Counted from the whole stretch's first letter, positions 25,301 through 38,560 are shown. The stretch: 59,975 nucleotides of DNA, filler included, from Asterionella formosa (GCA_002256025.1; 11 parts of 11 records of this genome joined end to end with filler, not necessarily neighbours in it); one strand, 5' to 3'. The notes: generated by a model not told the origin, from the sequence alone. Translations and numbers: made by a program.

Positions 25301-26400
25301 TGCTGCTATAATGCCCTGCAGAGGTCCCATAAACAGTTTTCACAGTATATTTCACCAGTCGAAGTGTGTCTGAGTGTGCAAATACCACTTCTGATGAAAC
25401 TCCCAACCTTCTTGCGCCGATCATGGCCAAGTTAACTAGGATTCAGTCATAGCACCAGGCAGCTCGCAGCGTCATTGTCGAAAAAGGGCCATGTTTGTTT
25501 GTTGTTGATGGCACAATTCGAAGCTCATTGTTTTTTTGAGTAACATCTCCATTGTGCCTCTGTTTTTCCGTGATCCCTGCATGTCTTCTCCAAGACTTCC
25601 GTGATCCTCTGCCCATCCCACCATGCGGCATCCCCATATGAGTTTGAGGAAAAAATTGTAGTCAGCCTCGAAGAGGTCATGTTTAATACAAAGTCTGGTG
25701 ATCTTGGGATTGCCTTTGTCCTTTTCTATCATTACTGAGGTTGTGTTTCACCATCTTGACGGAGAGAACACTCTTTTTACTAGTATGTTGATCATTTTTG
25801 GATAGCCTTGAGTGAGTTCTAAGTCCTGGAGCGCCACTTGTAGTGGCCAAGGTGTTGGTTACTTGGTGATGTAGATGTTGTTTCTTTCCATTCTTTTGTT
25901 CCCTTCCTAAAACCATCCTCAGTGATTTCCATGTTCATTTGCGGTTGTCCTTGTAGCTCATCTGGTACCACCATTGCTGCTATCAATTGTATTACTTCTG
26001 GGGAACATGCATCATCGAGATTTTGAAACAACTTACCCTCTAGTATCTGGTCTGCTGCTTCTGTCATCCCATTAAATAAGCCCAGTAGGTCTCATGTAGT
26101 TCCATGACCAAACTGCGCACATGAGGCTTTTCTATCTTACCTTTCTTGGCAATGTTACAATAGTGCGTTTTTGAGAGCATTGGATTCAAATTCTGTTTTC
26201 CATGAAGTGACAATTCCAGCACTGTCATAGATTGGGACATGTACCTTTGATCATAGGGCTCCTTGTCAAGGATTGAATATCTGCTTTAGCCGTTTAAAAA
26301 CTTCCCTTGAGTTTCTGCCTGAATGATTGTTTCAACCTTTTTGTTTCCTTTCGTGCAGTTTTGGATGCTTTGCCTTGAACAGCTGCTTAACTCCCGCTTT
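22385..26400 (-). mobile_element. Degenerate non-LTR retrotransposon (LINE) with RT and RNase H, possibly Ambal-like
   Basis: RT pieces (TSTSPSNQHLGHYK; IEKDKGNPKITRL..LFEADYN; QGSRKNR), MYLQVTSLADIVTADG, RNase H pieces (IATDGS, SSNRAELFGL, HWIKAHQ, NVQAD) and a C-terminal CPQCG...HIVTC knuckle. Many frameshifts. Confidence 0.85.
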
Positions 26401-26479
26401 GGACATCATCACATATTCTTGGTGAAATGTGGTGCTCTTTCCATGTTGAGGAGGCATTGATGTTTGCGATACCCTACAG

Positions 26480-27104
26480 GCTGTGATTATGGTTATTCCT
26501 GTTTGTAAATATTTTTTATAGTAGCGCATTAGTACTAGCCTTGCTACAGGATTGTATTCATTGCGCTCCATGGCCCTGAAAAGTTTGGGCGGCGGAGGTT
26601 GGATGGTGGTGGTCACTCCCTTGTGTAGGAGTTTGGTAAAAAAATCGGTTCATCTATGATCAGTTCCTGGTGTTGAGATACCGCTGTTTGCATACATGGG
26701 TCTGTAACCTGGGTGTTGTCTGTTGTTTGTGTTCTAGGTTACTCTCCCGGATTCCTTGTTTGGTTTAAGTACTGTCTTAGTGTCTGGATCTGATTTGGAT
26801 GCGTGGACATCGTCAATAGCCTTACTCAATTTACTGATGCTGTTGGGTGGATCTTGGTCATTTTGGTCCATCTCCATGTCTTTCTTGTCAATTCTTGTGC
26901 TTCTTTCATCTTTTTATTGTTCAGTATGTACCGAACAGGTACGGTGGGACGGAAACGGTCTGTCTGGATCTGATTTGGATGCGTGGACATTGTCAATAGC
27001 CTTACTCAATTTACTGATGCTGTTGGGTGGATCTTGGTCATTTTGGTCCATCTCCATGTGTTTCTTGTCAATTCTTGTGCTTCTTTCATCTGTTTATTGT
27101 TCAG
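26480..27104 (-). mobile_element. 3' end of a second, related LINE copy
   Basis: 26532-26645 aligns with the 3' tail at 22450-22561. Confidence 0.6.
26781..27104 (+). repeat. Near-perfect direct repeat (two units of about 144 bp, period 180)
   Basis: tgtctggatctgatttggatgcgtggacat...ttattgttcag at 26781 and 26961. Confidence 0.9.
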
Positions 27105-28678
27105 NNNNNNNNNNNNNNNNNNNNNNNNNNNNNNNNNNNNNNNNNNNNTTAATTAATTAANNNNNNNNNNNNNNNNNNNNNNNNNNNNNNNNNNNNNNNN
27201 NNNNAAAGCTGGTATAGGAGCTCGGAAGAAACATGGTCAAACCCACATAATTTGATGAGCAGAGCATCATCATGCTTGCTGTTGAACAAAGTCCAGAAAG
27301 GACTTGACAATGGATGCTGTAGTGCATGGTGCCGGATTTGGCCATTTCTTCTTCTGACCTCATCAACAAGAACGTTGGCGTCTTGTTGCTGACTGAAGGA
27401 TCACACATTGCTAACAGAAGCAATGCGATAATATTGTCATCATTGTCCGGAGGAGATGAGAGGAAATCCGACATTGTCGGCAACTGATGATGATGAATAT
27501 ATAGAACTCCTGCATACAATGAACAGGTAGGATAGCATAGATGAGGATGCAATCATACGAAAATTTCACTGTTAACAATTATAGTTAAATATATACTTTA
27601 TGTCAGATAAGTAATATAAAAATATCTCGATTATCAAACCGTAATGACGACATTATGTATCAAATCGCCAAAACAATTTTTGATTTAATACATACATGAA
27701 ATAAAAATTTTGTATTATCAGGCAGAGCGTGCCAAAATTATATCTTAGTGTCTTTTATAACACAAATTGTTGTACTAATAGCCCAAAAATTTGTGTTTGT
27801 GTTGCCCAAATTTGGTAGCTCAGGTTTGCACCTCAAATGTTATTACATAAATACATAGTAGCTGTGGATGACCACCAGTGTGATGATCAGATATCAATTG
27901 ATTGACAATCTAAATGTGTCCCTTTTCTATCTGGAATATACTGAGTAATTACACCATGCTAATAATATGATGATTCGAATCTTCACTCATTGGATATTTT
28001 GGATTCCTCCTTCAGAAGAATTTTTGTTCCATTTCTATCCCGCAACAATCTTCATGTGTATGCTGAGACAAACAAGATGGATTGGTTTTATCCATGCATT
28101 CTCGGTGCCAAAATACAATAGAGGGAACACCAACACTTCAAATGTCATCTCAAGGGTGCAATATAAATTTAGCATCCTAATATCTTCCTATAGTTAACTA
28201 TTTTCATTTTAATTATCAAGCAATTTTTGGGTCCCCCTTCTGACATGAAATGACTGCCTACCATGATGACATAATGAAAAAGTAAAATAACTTTCTGAAA
28301 AATAGGGAACTCATTGTAAGCAATTTCAGGCATCACTCTCACAGCTACAGGGACGATGCTGAAGAAATGCTTATGGCCCATGAGTCCCATTCTTCTTGCA
28401 GCATTACAATTTTAAAATGCCCCACAATTTTTGCTGGAGTCAAAAATGGGATGAAAATAGAGGATTAGTATACAATTTGTCAGTCAGAATGAAAAAAATG
28501 TTGTCAATGCCCTGGCATCTTTACCTAATATGTTCATGTGAAGTGCTTCATGTGGGTTAGGTTCTTACTATTAACTATTCTGTGGCAAGTTCCGATGTGA
28601 AATCTACTTGGAAATGTTGGATTGAAAGTCAAAATTTAGGGCACTCGAACAGTGGCTGGTGAGGCTCATTTAGGAAGG

Positions 28679-31600
28679 TTAAACCTCCTTGGATTTAAGA
28701 CTTCGCCGTTTTCGATGGGCATCCAATGCAAATCGATGACTTTCGTCTCGCAAGGACCTCAGTAGAAGTAGCCCTGGCGAGTCGGGGGAATTATTCACAG
28801 GGATGCTATGACCAGGGACAAATATTTCTTCTTTTGATTTCGCCAAAGCGCAAATGGGAACATGAGTGCATTGAGATGAGATCATGACATGGGTGTTGTT
28901 CTCAAACTTAAGTATGATTTCTTCCTCCAAAATATCTTCTTCCTTCACTTTTGAGGGCACGTGATATCCCAAATACGGCAATGCTGGAGGAAACACGCCG
29001 GCCTTTGTCATGCCCTTGATGGCCGCTCCGAGCTGACCAACCCCTCCATCAATAACAACAAGGTCAGGGAGAGCCCATGGGTCATCTTGGTGGACTAGCT
29101 CGCCTCTTTCATGTTCCCAGACGTGATGAAAACGTCGTTCGAGGACTTCTTCGAGGCTTGCATAGTCGTTGTTCCCTTCAACGGTCTTGATATTGAACTT
29201 CCTGTAAAGCATAGGGGAAGGCTTCCCATCGATAAAAACCACCCGTGAACCAACAGCAACCTCTCCCTGGGTATGGCTGATATCATAACACTCAATTCTA
29301 CGTGGAGGTTTTTCCAAACAAAGCATGGATACGAGTTCCGACATGGCAGTGCCATCAATTGAAGACCTCGTTGCGCCCACGACCGTACTTTGCTGCCACT
29401 CCAGAGCTGCTTGGTTTGCATTGCCCAATGCGAATTCCAATGCCCGAGCATCGGTTTCTTTTCTTGGACCCCGAGTTGCCGGATTTCGAATCTTCAGATT
29501 GGCGCTACTGTTGGGTTCCACTTTGGTTCTTGCTATCTTGACAGCCTTCTTAAGTTCGTTTTCGTTTTCGATTGGGAACTGTGACAAGATCTCATCCGGA
29601 AAGAAAGTAAATTTACATCCACCGCTTTCTTCTCCCGAAGGATAGTGCTGTCGTTCAAGGACGGCTTGAATCACGGCAGACATGTCCTCTTCTGTCGAAA
29701 AGCCTGACTGGAGCTCGCAGGAGTAGGAAAAGCGACCAGCCACCAAACCCTCTCGCATTTGTACCACATGAACCAACAAATTGTTTTCATCGTTTTCGGC
29801 ATGTCCAATTGCAACAACATCTCGACACTTGTTATCGGCACTAGTAAAGAGTAAATTGGCCTCTTCGTATTCAGAACGCATCTCCACTAATTGACTGTTG
29901 TTAGCACCCGCTTCGAATACCTCAACCATTGCTAGATTAAACATCTCTGCGTACTCTGTCTGGGTACAGTCACCGTGACGGGCTGCAAACGACTTTGCTC
30001 GAAGGCTGTAAGTTTCTTCGATTTCTCCCAGAAGTGCATTTATCTCCTGGAAGTGAGGATATGGACCAAAGTATCTATATTTCGAAGCTTTCTCTCCAGT
30101 TTGCCTTCTTGGAGATGAAAAGAAGCGAGGAAATTTATCTCCTATGGATGCACAAATATATGGATAAGTCTCATCATCTTTGAGAAGCACGTTGTAAAGG
30201 GGTTGATGGTGCTTGATAAGATTTGACTCTAAAATCAACGCATCGCGAACGCTTGGTGTAAGAACAAAGTCAAGGGTGGTAGATTTAGCAATCATTGTCT
30301 TGATCCTAGAGCTGTGCTTGGCATTCGGTGATAGGTATGATTGGACACGATTTCGAAGTTTTTTTGCTTTACCAATGTACAGAATGTTGCCTTGTCCATC
30401 CTTCCAAAAGTAGACACCAGGTTTTGAGGGTAAATTACCAGTAACGACGGAGATCCTGTCAGCGGTCAGTGGTAGAGGAACTTCAACCCTTTCTGTTTCT
30501 TGTAGACATTTTCGAGATTTCGTCGAGCCATCGGAGCGGTCGAAAGCCTCAGTCTGCTCTCGTTGATCTTTGATTTCGTCTCGTAGTAAATCAAAGATTG
30601 ACATCATTGTTGAGCCTTCCGTCGATATTGGCTTGCATCCAATAGCTTCATTGTATGCCAACTGCTTCTCCCGTCGTCGCTTGGTATCCTCAATAGTTTT
30701 CTGCATGCTATCAGTTATTCTGTCCGCATAAAATATTGCAGCTCCGTTCGAATTTCTCGCTGCTCTCCCAATAGTTTGAAGCAAAGCGGTGTGAGAGCGA
30801 AACAAGCCTGCAGAATCGGCGTTGAGGATGGCAACGAGAGAGACTTGAGGAAGATCTAAACCTTCTCGCAGCAAATTAATCCCAACAAGGCAATCCACTT
30901 CACCATTTTGGAGTGATCTGATTGCATTAGAACGTTCGTGTGTTGTTAGATCACAGTGAATAAACGTAGCCAAGACCCCCTCCTTACCCAAGAAAGTCGC
31001 AAGATCCTCTGCGTCCCTCTTGGAGATGGCCATAGCCAACGTTCTTTCATTTCGGCTAGCTCTTTTCTTGATTTCATTCACCAAATCAGCAAGCTGACCT
31101 CGCGAAGGTCTAATATCAATCTCCGGGTCGCAAATAAATGTTGGACGGATCACCATTTCGACTGGAGGTCGCTGACTCTTCTCAAGTTCGTAATTTGCAG
31201 GTGTCGCTGAAACGAAGACAGCCTGACCAACTTGCTTCCAAAATTCCTCCTCTTGTAGTGGTCGATTGTCCATTGCTGATGGCAGGCGAAATCCATGCTT
31301 CACTAACATCTCTTTCCTTGATCGATCGCCTCGGTACATGGTCTTAAGCTGTGGTAAGGTCACGTGCGACTCATCCACGATGAGCAACCAGTCTCCATCT
31401 GCAGACATTTTTAAATAGTCGATCAGGGTATCAGGAGCTTCTCCTGCCGCTCGTTTGGAGAAATGTCGTGAGTAATTTTCAGCTCCGTTACAAAATCCAG
31501 TTTCTCTTAGCAGGATTAAATCATTTGATACGCCCATCTGTAACCTCTTAGATTGCTCCTCCATCTTTAGGAAGTTCAACTCTTGGACTCGATCTCGCAT

Positions 31601-32589
31601 TTCGGCTTCAATGGCTAGACAAGCTTCTTCTCGTATGTCTTCATTAAAAACATGATGTTTAGCAGGGAAAATACGAATTGAAGACGCAGTAAATTTTTCT
31701 TCTTCGAAGTCGATTCCATCTATGGATGATACTTGCACTGTGTCCCCTACGCCGTTGAATCGAACGGATAGAGGAAATCTTTCTTGTGGCGGCCAGATCG
31801 ACAGAACGTGACCTGCTGGTCCGGCAGCAAGTTGATAGTTCCCACGGAGCATCTCGCCTGGATCCTCAGGTCGTGTGTATAGCATTTTTTCCAAATTTGC
31901 AATCAGATCAAGTGAGCGCATAGTATCGCCAACAGTCATGATCGTTGACGCTGCGAGATATTCTGCCGGCAGTCCTAGTCCATATATACACGATACACTG
32001 GCGACTATTACGACATCTCGCCTCTCAAGTAAAGCCCTGGTTGCGCGATGTCTCAATGCGTCAATTTCTTCATTGACCGACGACTTTTTGCCAAAATATT
32101 TCCCAGTAGTTTCAAGAAACGCTTCTGGCTTAAAGTAGTTGTAGTAACTAACAAACAACTCGACCGCATTCTTCTTGAGAAAGCTACGAAGTTCTCTTGC
32201 CAATTGGGCTGCCAATGTTTTGTTGTGACATAGCACCAGTGTCGGCTTGTTTGCGTGACAAATAACATGTGACATGACAAACGTTTTGCCAGTTCCAGTG
32301 ATCCCGCGCAAGGTTGAGAATTTGTCCCCCTCCTCCAGCTGCTGAATGAGTTGTCGAATCGCTTCTGGTTGGTCACCGGTTGGTTCATAGGGAGCTGTCA
32401 CTTCAAAGGGACGTGTCAAGGGTCTAAGCGAGGGATGCGAAGATTCGGTTTCGCCTGCCGCCACAAAGAATGATCGAAATTTGCCGCCGACAGCTGCGAC
32501 GCAGAATGATAACGGCGAGGGCCGTGGATACAGGCGATTTCGGCGTAACGATGATTGAAATGCTCGCGATGCAGTAGAGAATGAAGAAG
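28679..32589 (-). CDS. uvrB/uvrC: UvrB-UvrC fusion excinuclease with N-terminal plastid-like presequence, 5' truncated
   Basis: UvrB motifs: PTGDQPEAI, GITGTGKT, HNKTLAAQL, FVSYYNYFKPEA, DESH, RLPSAMDNRPL, SATP, NLLREGLDLP, QTIGRAARN. UvrC motifs: GIY-YIG LPSKPGVY..ILYIGKAKKLRNRV, YFGPY, RIECYDISH, DYASL, PDLVVIDGG, LAK, LRDESHRFA. One uninterrupted frame, open upstream to the contig edge. Confidence 0.93.
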
Positions 32590-32689
32590 NNNNNNNNNNN
32601 NNNNNNNNNNNNNNNNNNNNNNNNNNNNNNNNNTTAATTAATTAANNNNNNNNNNNNNNNNNNNNNNNNNNNNNNNNNNNNNNNNNNNN

Positions 32690-32746
32690 TGGAGCAAAAG
32701 CATCGGATAACACCAGCAAGAAGGCAACGGTTGAGAATGCATTCAT
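32690..32746 (-). CDS. N-terminus of an unidentified plastid-targeted protein (truncated)
   Basis: MNAFSTVAFLLVLSDAFAP: signal peptide plus ASAFAP-type motif, cut by the linker. Confidence 0.55.
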
Positions 32747-33483
32747 CGTGTTGGTCGCACAGACGCGGTATTTGCTTCTTTCTGATTTCGGAAAATTATT
32801 GACTTCTCGTTGGTTTTGATTCACACCATCAGCCATCGTGCGAAGCGATGGGAAGATCGCAAAGATCCACCAGCATGATTGGCCTATGTTTATGGTGAGA
32901 ACAGATCGTCACTGTCATACGGTACCTGGTGGTACCAGGTACCTGGTAGAGCATCATGCAAACGCACTACCAGTACCTGGTACGAGGTACGAGGTACACA
33001 CATACCGGTATGCAGTGCCTCCTGCCGCAGTATCAACTAGTATTGCCCCTGAAATGAAAATTACTTATGTAATGGAAACAAAAATTACTTATGCACCACC
33101 AATGCTCGAATGCCTGTGCAAGTTGCGGTACTTCCGAGAAAATGCCCCTGGTACCTGATCACCCTGGTGCAGACAGACGAGGATGGATACTGGTATGAAT
33201 CTACCGGTTTGTATGTATGGCGGTGATTGCGACAAGATACCGGAAATATATAATCAAGATCTTTCCGGCTCGCCGACAGGCATATATCAATCTCCCTTTG
33301 TGGCCTGATAAGAAAGCCTTAACATCTCCTTCCTTTAACTTTATATTCATCGCTGAATATTAATACTTCGCCGCAATAAAAGGACTATACATGTTAAAGA
33401 CAAAGAATTGAAATTTGAACTACCAGTACTAGTAATATTTAGTCATGTGCCAGTCACAACATGAAAAATTCCACAGACACATA

Positions 33484-34135
33484 TCAGTCTGGACTGGAAG
33501 AACTCAATACTGCTTCCATGGAAGGATGTAAAAAACAGTCAACACAATGATAGACACCAATGGAGCATATACAACATGTCTGAGTCTTTCTAGTATTGCA
33601 GTCTACACATGGACTTTGGGGGTGGGAACTGTCAGCACCCACAACCTCTGTCCCGAAAAAATTCGTGCCTTTGGGTAGCTGGAAAACTCTGTGATCAGCA
33701 ATTTTTGTCAATCTCGACGACCTTCGAGGCAATTCTTCTTCTTTGTAATAAGGATTACATACCAATGCCTCTGCCAAAAGCTTGTGAAAACCGAGCATGC
33801 CATCAACCTCCTCGTTGCAGAAGTGTTTATATGCCAGCATGGCATTTACTTGCTTCTGTGACTGACAAAACACTCTATTTGGCCACCATTTCGTCGCCCA
33901 TACCACCTCCAAACTGATTGGGGAATGCCTCTTTGCATTATGATCATCAACAGCATGCCGAAACTTGTAGTAGTTGTGGATAACCTCAGTATACGTATGG
34001 TGTTTTTGGCGCTTTGTTCCTTGTACCAACGAATTTCTCATTGAAAGATTGCCAATTGGTTCTAAGGTCCCATATGTAGACATTAGAGACATCACGTAGT
34101 CTGGTTCCTTCATGCAATATAAATGGAAGGCCTAT
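33484..34135 (-). mobile_element. piggyBac-like transposase C-terminal fragment
   Basis: MKEPDYVMSLMSTYG, YYKFRHAVDDHN..RH..ISLE..WATKWWPNRVF and a C-terminal Cys-rich region (CVDC...CICSIGVYHCVDCF). N-terminal part is missing. Confidence 0.75.
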
Positions 34136-36220
34136 CGAACACCAGCCAGTCTATACTGCAAAAATGAAAGAAGCACAAGTTGAATGCCCAGCTATGGATT
34201 CAAGTTTCAGTAGTGCAATGTAAAGCATTAGAAGCCAAAAGTAACATTTCATCTAATTACGGTTTTCAGTTTACTAGTATTGATTGAGAGGATGCAATGG
34301 TAGAATGGCTGCCAAACGGGCGGAGGCAAACACTGAGAATCCTACTATTTTTTCTCCCCAATGATCCCAAACCTTTCTTGAATGTCACTTGCTACAGAAA
34401 ATGGAGAACAGCCGCTATAATCCGTTGATTGTCGCTTGCTGTACAGTGCCACTGACCAAAACCTCCAGAAATCTCAATGAGTTGCTTGTTTCTTGACTTG
34501 AATGCAAAAGGGATCGAAACCAGTGGAAAAATCAAAAGGGAACTAAAAATGCTCTGCAAACATCAGGACAATTGTGAAAGAGAAATTAAGGCTCTTGGGA
34601 GGAGAAGCAAAGGGATAATTGCTTCTGGTCTTGCGGGAACAAGAAGAATTGATTGACCCAAACAATGTTGACAAATAGATACCTACGGGAAAAGGAAGCA
34701 ATGCTTTCGGCATCATCAATCTGTACACAAGCCTGTGCCACCTGACGTCGTCAATATAGCTACCTCGACTTCATCAATGAAGAAGTCGATGGGTGAGTTT
34801 GTGAGAAAAATCGGGGTTGAGGTTTTCTTGACGCCAACGTGGACCTGCTTTGCTGAACTCCTTGCAGATGAAGGCATTGAGTGACCTGGGCCTGTGCAGC
34901 CAAGAAAGGATATGAAAAATCTATGACAAGGGTGGTGAGATAGTGTTTAGGAGGGGGTAGCAAAAGTTATCATAGCTGAACGCATTCGAAATTCGTATTG
35001 ACAACAAATGGTGGCATACCATGGCTACTCTCGGCTGACAGTTGCCAAGTCAAGTACAAACACAACAAGGGTGCACAAAGACAGTCCAATTTTAATCGAC
35101 TGGCTGATACATAGTTTTGAGACTCACCATTCTGCAATGGGGTGGATTTTGATCATTGCTTTTTTCGAAGCACAATCAATTCGAGTGCTGTCCAGTAAAA
35201 CAGCCAATGAGAACAATTGTGGCGAAGAAACGCAGAACAGATCAAGAGATTTCATAGGAATTAAAATAATAGGGCATGTATCATGATGCACTACTCCTCA
35301 TGTAGACTATATTTGATCATTTCCATATTTCATACTGCTATACAGGTGCATGGATGACTCCTCCCGCCCTTTCATTAGATATGCAACCATGTTGCGATAA
35401 TTCTACAGGACCTATAGGATTGGTGGTAGTCTGGTGGTCATCATTTCCGCATTCTATATACCAGTAGGAGTCATGTATGCATGCATGCTGCGATAATTCT
35501 TACAAGACATAAAAATTTGTTACCTTGGGGGTTGTCACTTCCGTACTGTATACATGGGGGGAAGGGGTCCCATTGCATGCATGAGCAACCACTCCGGTGT
35601 AAACTATGATCTTTAATCGATAAATTTTTATTCCTTCATCCGATACCTTTGATCATAGCATATTGATCATATGATAAACGGTGTCGTTGATGAGAAAATG
35701 AAAAATAAAAATTTATTTTCAGGAATCAGGATTAATTGATATTAAAAATATGATCAAATGATCCTAAACACATGAGCATTTTCAGTTTTCCGCTGCACTA
35801 TTGTGGCATTTCCATGATAGATAAAATTCCCAGCAAGTAAACAGTACTACAAGTAGGCCATATGAATTTTGGTCAATATGTCTTTATAGATACTATATGT
35901 ATGATTTCGAAAATTTGAAAAATTGGTGATGACTCCTGTTTATTAAGGGGCTTAATTAAATCAGCCACTGACTTGTAGGTACAAGAATTGACACAAAACA
36001 AATTGAAAAAACTCAACAGGTCGTGGAAAACTATGAACTCATCATGCATTGTATCTATTTGAATTATGTATAATCAAAATTGATATAAGTATACACAGGA
36101 TGTGCCGTATAATGAGCGTGTTTTTTTAAAGCTATGCAAATGTTCAACTATTTATACATTTAAACTTCTTACCAATCTTTATATAGATGTATTCATGGCT
36201 GAAAAATTTGAAATCATGTT

Positions 36221-36562
36221 TTCATGTTCCTTGTCATGCATACACTTTGGCTTGCTCCTGAAATGAAGGATCATCACACATGATGACACGGAAAACGAAA
36301 GTGATAATACAGCACAGTGATACTTGCGGCTTATAAGAGAAGGGCGGAATCAATTGATGGTAAGTCAAGAGCAAATGCGTTTTATGTTCCTTGTCATGCA
36401 TACACTTCCTGAAATGAAGGATCTCAAGCAACACATGATGCCAAAAACTGAAGTAACAATGCAACAAAATGATACACCATGCGGCTAAGAATGAGTAAAT
36501 ATGATGGAGAAGGGCGGAATCAACAAGCTGTGCATAGCATCACGGTTTGTCAAGAGCAACTC
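36221..36562 (+). repeat. Two diverged tandem units of about 160 bp
   Basis: atgttccttgtcatgcatacactt...cctgaaatgaaggatc...gagaagggcggaatcaa...gtcaagagcaa occurs twice. Confidence 0.75.
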
Positions 36563-38168
36563 ATGCCAATATGATCAATTGCTGGGATTACAAATACGGA
36601 ATGACTCGCCCCCTTTCAGTGATTCAATAGCTCCTTTTCGATTTGGTGGCTGGCCAACCATCAATGGCTGTGGACGAAAGAAATCGGTAAGTGCTGCCTA
36701 TCAGCCATTTTTGGATCAATCCACAACTGTTAGAAAAACTGACACATATGTGTTGCTTCTTTCAGGATAATGGTAGACAAACAGTATTTGTAAGTTACAA
36801 AGAGCAGTGTTGGAGCCCATTTATTGATCGATACTTTGCTTCTCATTCAATCTTCAACTGACACATTCTTTTACATAAATATGCATCAGTTACTTCCTCA
36901 ATTTATGGTAAGTGAGGATAGAAGCGAAATTCATGCTGTTGTGTAAGCAAAACATGAACAGCTAACAATGAATTGCTTCTCTTTGTTAGTATGGCTGATT
37001 GGAACAACGAGACGGATTCAATAGTAATAGGAAAATGCGTGAATACAAACTCAGATCCGTCAGGAGTAAATGTAACAAAGCAGGGGAACAACGGCAAGGC
37101 AACCAGTACAACAACCTTCAGAATTGGATTGGGGGGAAGGTGGAAGTGAAAGCTGAAGCACCAATCATTGCGATGAGAGCATTGTAGAACATTCTGTATC
37201 CACTCAAGATATAGAAGCATAGAACCATTCTTAAATATTATTCTAAATTTCGATCAATTTTATCCTATTTTAGACAGTGATATCGATGAGAATTACGATC
37301 ATGCTAAGATAGATGTATGACAAAGTATACACATCATATGACCATGTTTAACTAATGATATGAGGATGCAATGGTATTATAACTATGATAGTATCATCAT
37401 ACTTGAAGCTCGGTAAAATTTTACTGCATGATCATAATTATATGATATATTGATCATATTTTTGATTGAAAAACTATCATATATGTAAAAATCCTGTGCC
37501 ACTTAGCGTACGATACCCTTGATCCTATATTCATGATAGTTTTTATTTACAGATGTTGAGCTCCCTCCGCAGAACTGTCATTCCTTCAAGTCGATGACTT
37601 TTTCCAATTTTCAGATGATGATTTCGGACCCACAGTCAGGTTTGAATGTACTTGGATAGGCATGAAATGACGGCACCTTTGCCCATGGTCAATTTTTGTT
37701 TTCGCACCATCCTGCACAAACCTTTTGAGATTTTTTCGGCTGGTAGGCTTCTCATGTATCTGAATTTTTTCAAATCTATAAGCTTATTGCCATGCATACC
37801 TCAAGAAACCTACAGTTCTGTAGATTTAGAATAACTTTTCAGAAATGAAATATTCGTTGAATTGAACTAAGTGCAAGGGATTGATAATTCAGACTGAATC
37901 CAGTCTATTAGACTGAAATCAGCCTAGCCGGAAAGAATCCCTTTTAGATTCTTGAGACTACCTGGTAGGTGACCAGGTACGGTATTCCAGGTACTCACCA
38001 GTTATCTGACAACTGGCACGACCTTGTACCGGTACCTGGTACCAGGTACTCCTGCTACCTATAACTGGNNNNNNNNNNNNNNNNNNNNNNNNNNNNNNNN
38101 NNNNNNNNNNNNTTAATTAATTAANNNNNNNNNNNNNNNNNNNNNNNNNNNNNNNNNNNNNNNNNNNN

Positions 38169-38560
38169 TGTTGATGAGGTTTTAATCCTATTGGATAATC
38201 CTACTACCTTGGATAACCATGGACGAGGTCCTTATTCTATTTATTCAAGTATATGCCGATGGTACAGTTACTTTTCAACAAACTATGCATACTACAGAAC
38301 GAATTAATATCCATTACATCAAACCTTTTCAAAGGTAAAAGGTTTTCCCTTGGTGTGGGAGAGTGAGCGATCTTGCGCATCAATACAGATGTATATAGGG
38401 TTAGTGTTATATCATATATGAATAAGAACTCAATAATGAGAGAACTCGACTAACCCTCATTGTATACTTTGGTGTCGACTTGGAGAACGAGTTACACACA
38501 AGGATTAACAAATAAGCTCATATATTCAACAAATACTACTACTTCTAGTTATATACTTCA
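38169..38560 (+). mobile_element. 3' end of a Ty3/Gypsy LTR retrotransposon: integrase GPY/F tail, PPT (about 38352-38363) and 197-bp LTR (38364-38560, TG...CA)
   Basis: Translation NHGRGPYSI..VYADGTVTF...ERINIHYIKPF*, purine-rich GGTGTGGGAGAG abutting TGAGCG, and a near-identical inverted copy at 48395-48695. Confidence 0.85.

Noticed and set aside
32590..32746. Signal peptide MNAFSTVAFLLVLSDAFAP looks like the missing N-terminus of the UvrBC fusion (same strand, just across the gap)
   Set aside because: It is on a different contig across an artificial linker, and contig order follows length. The UvrBC contig already has its own ASRAF site.
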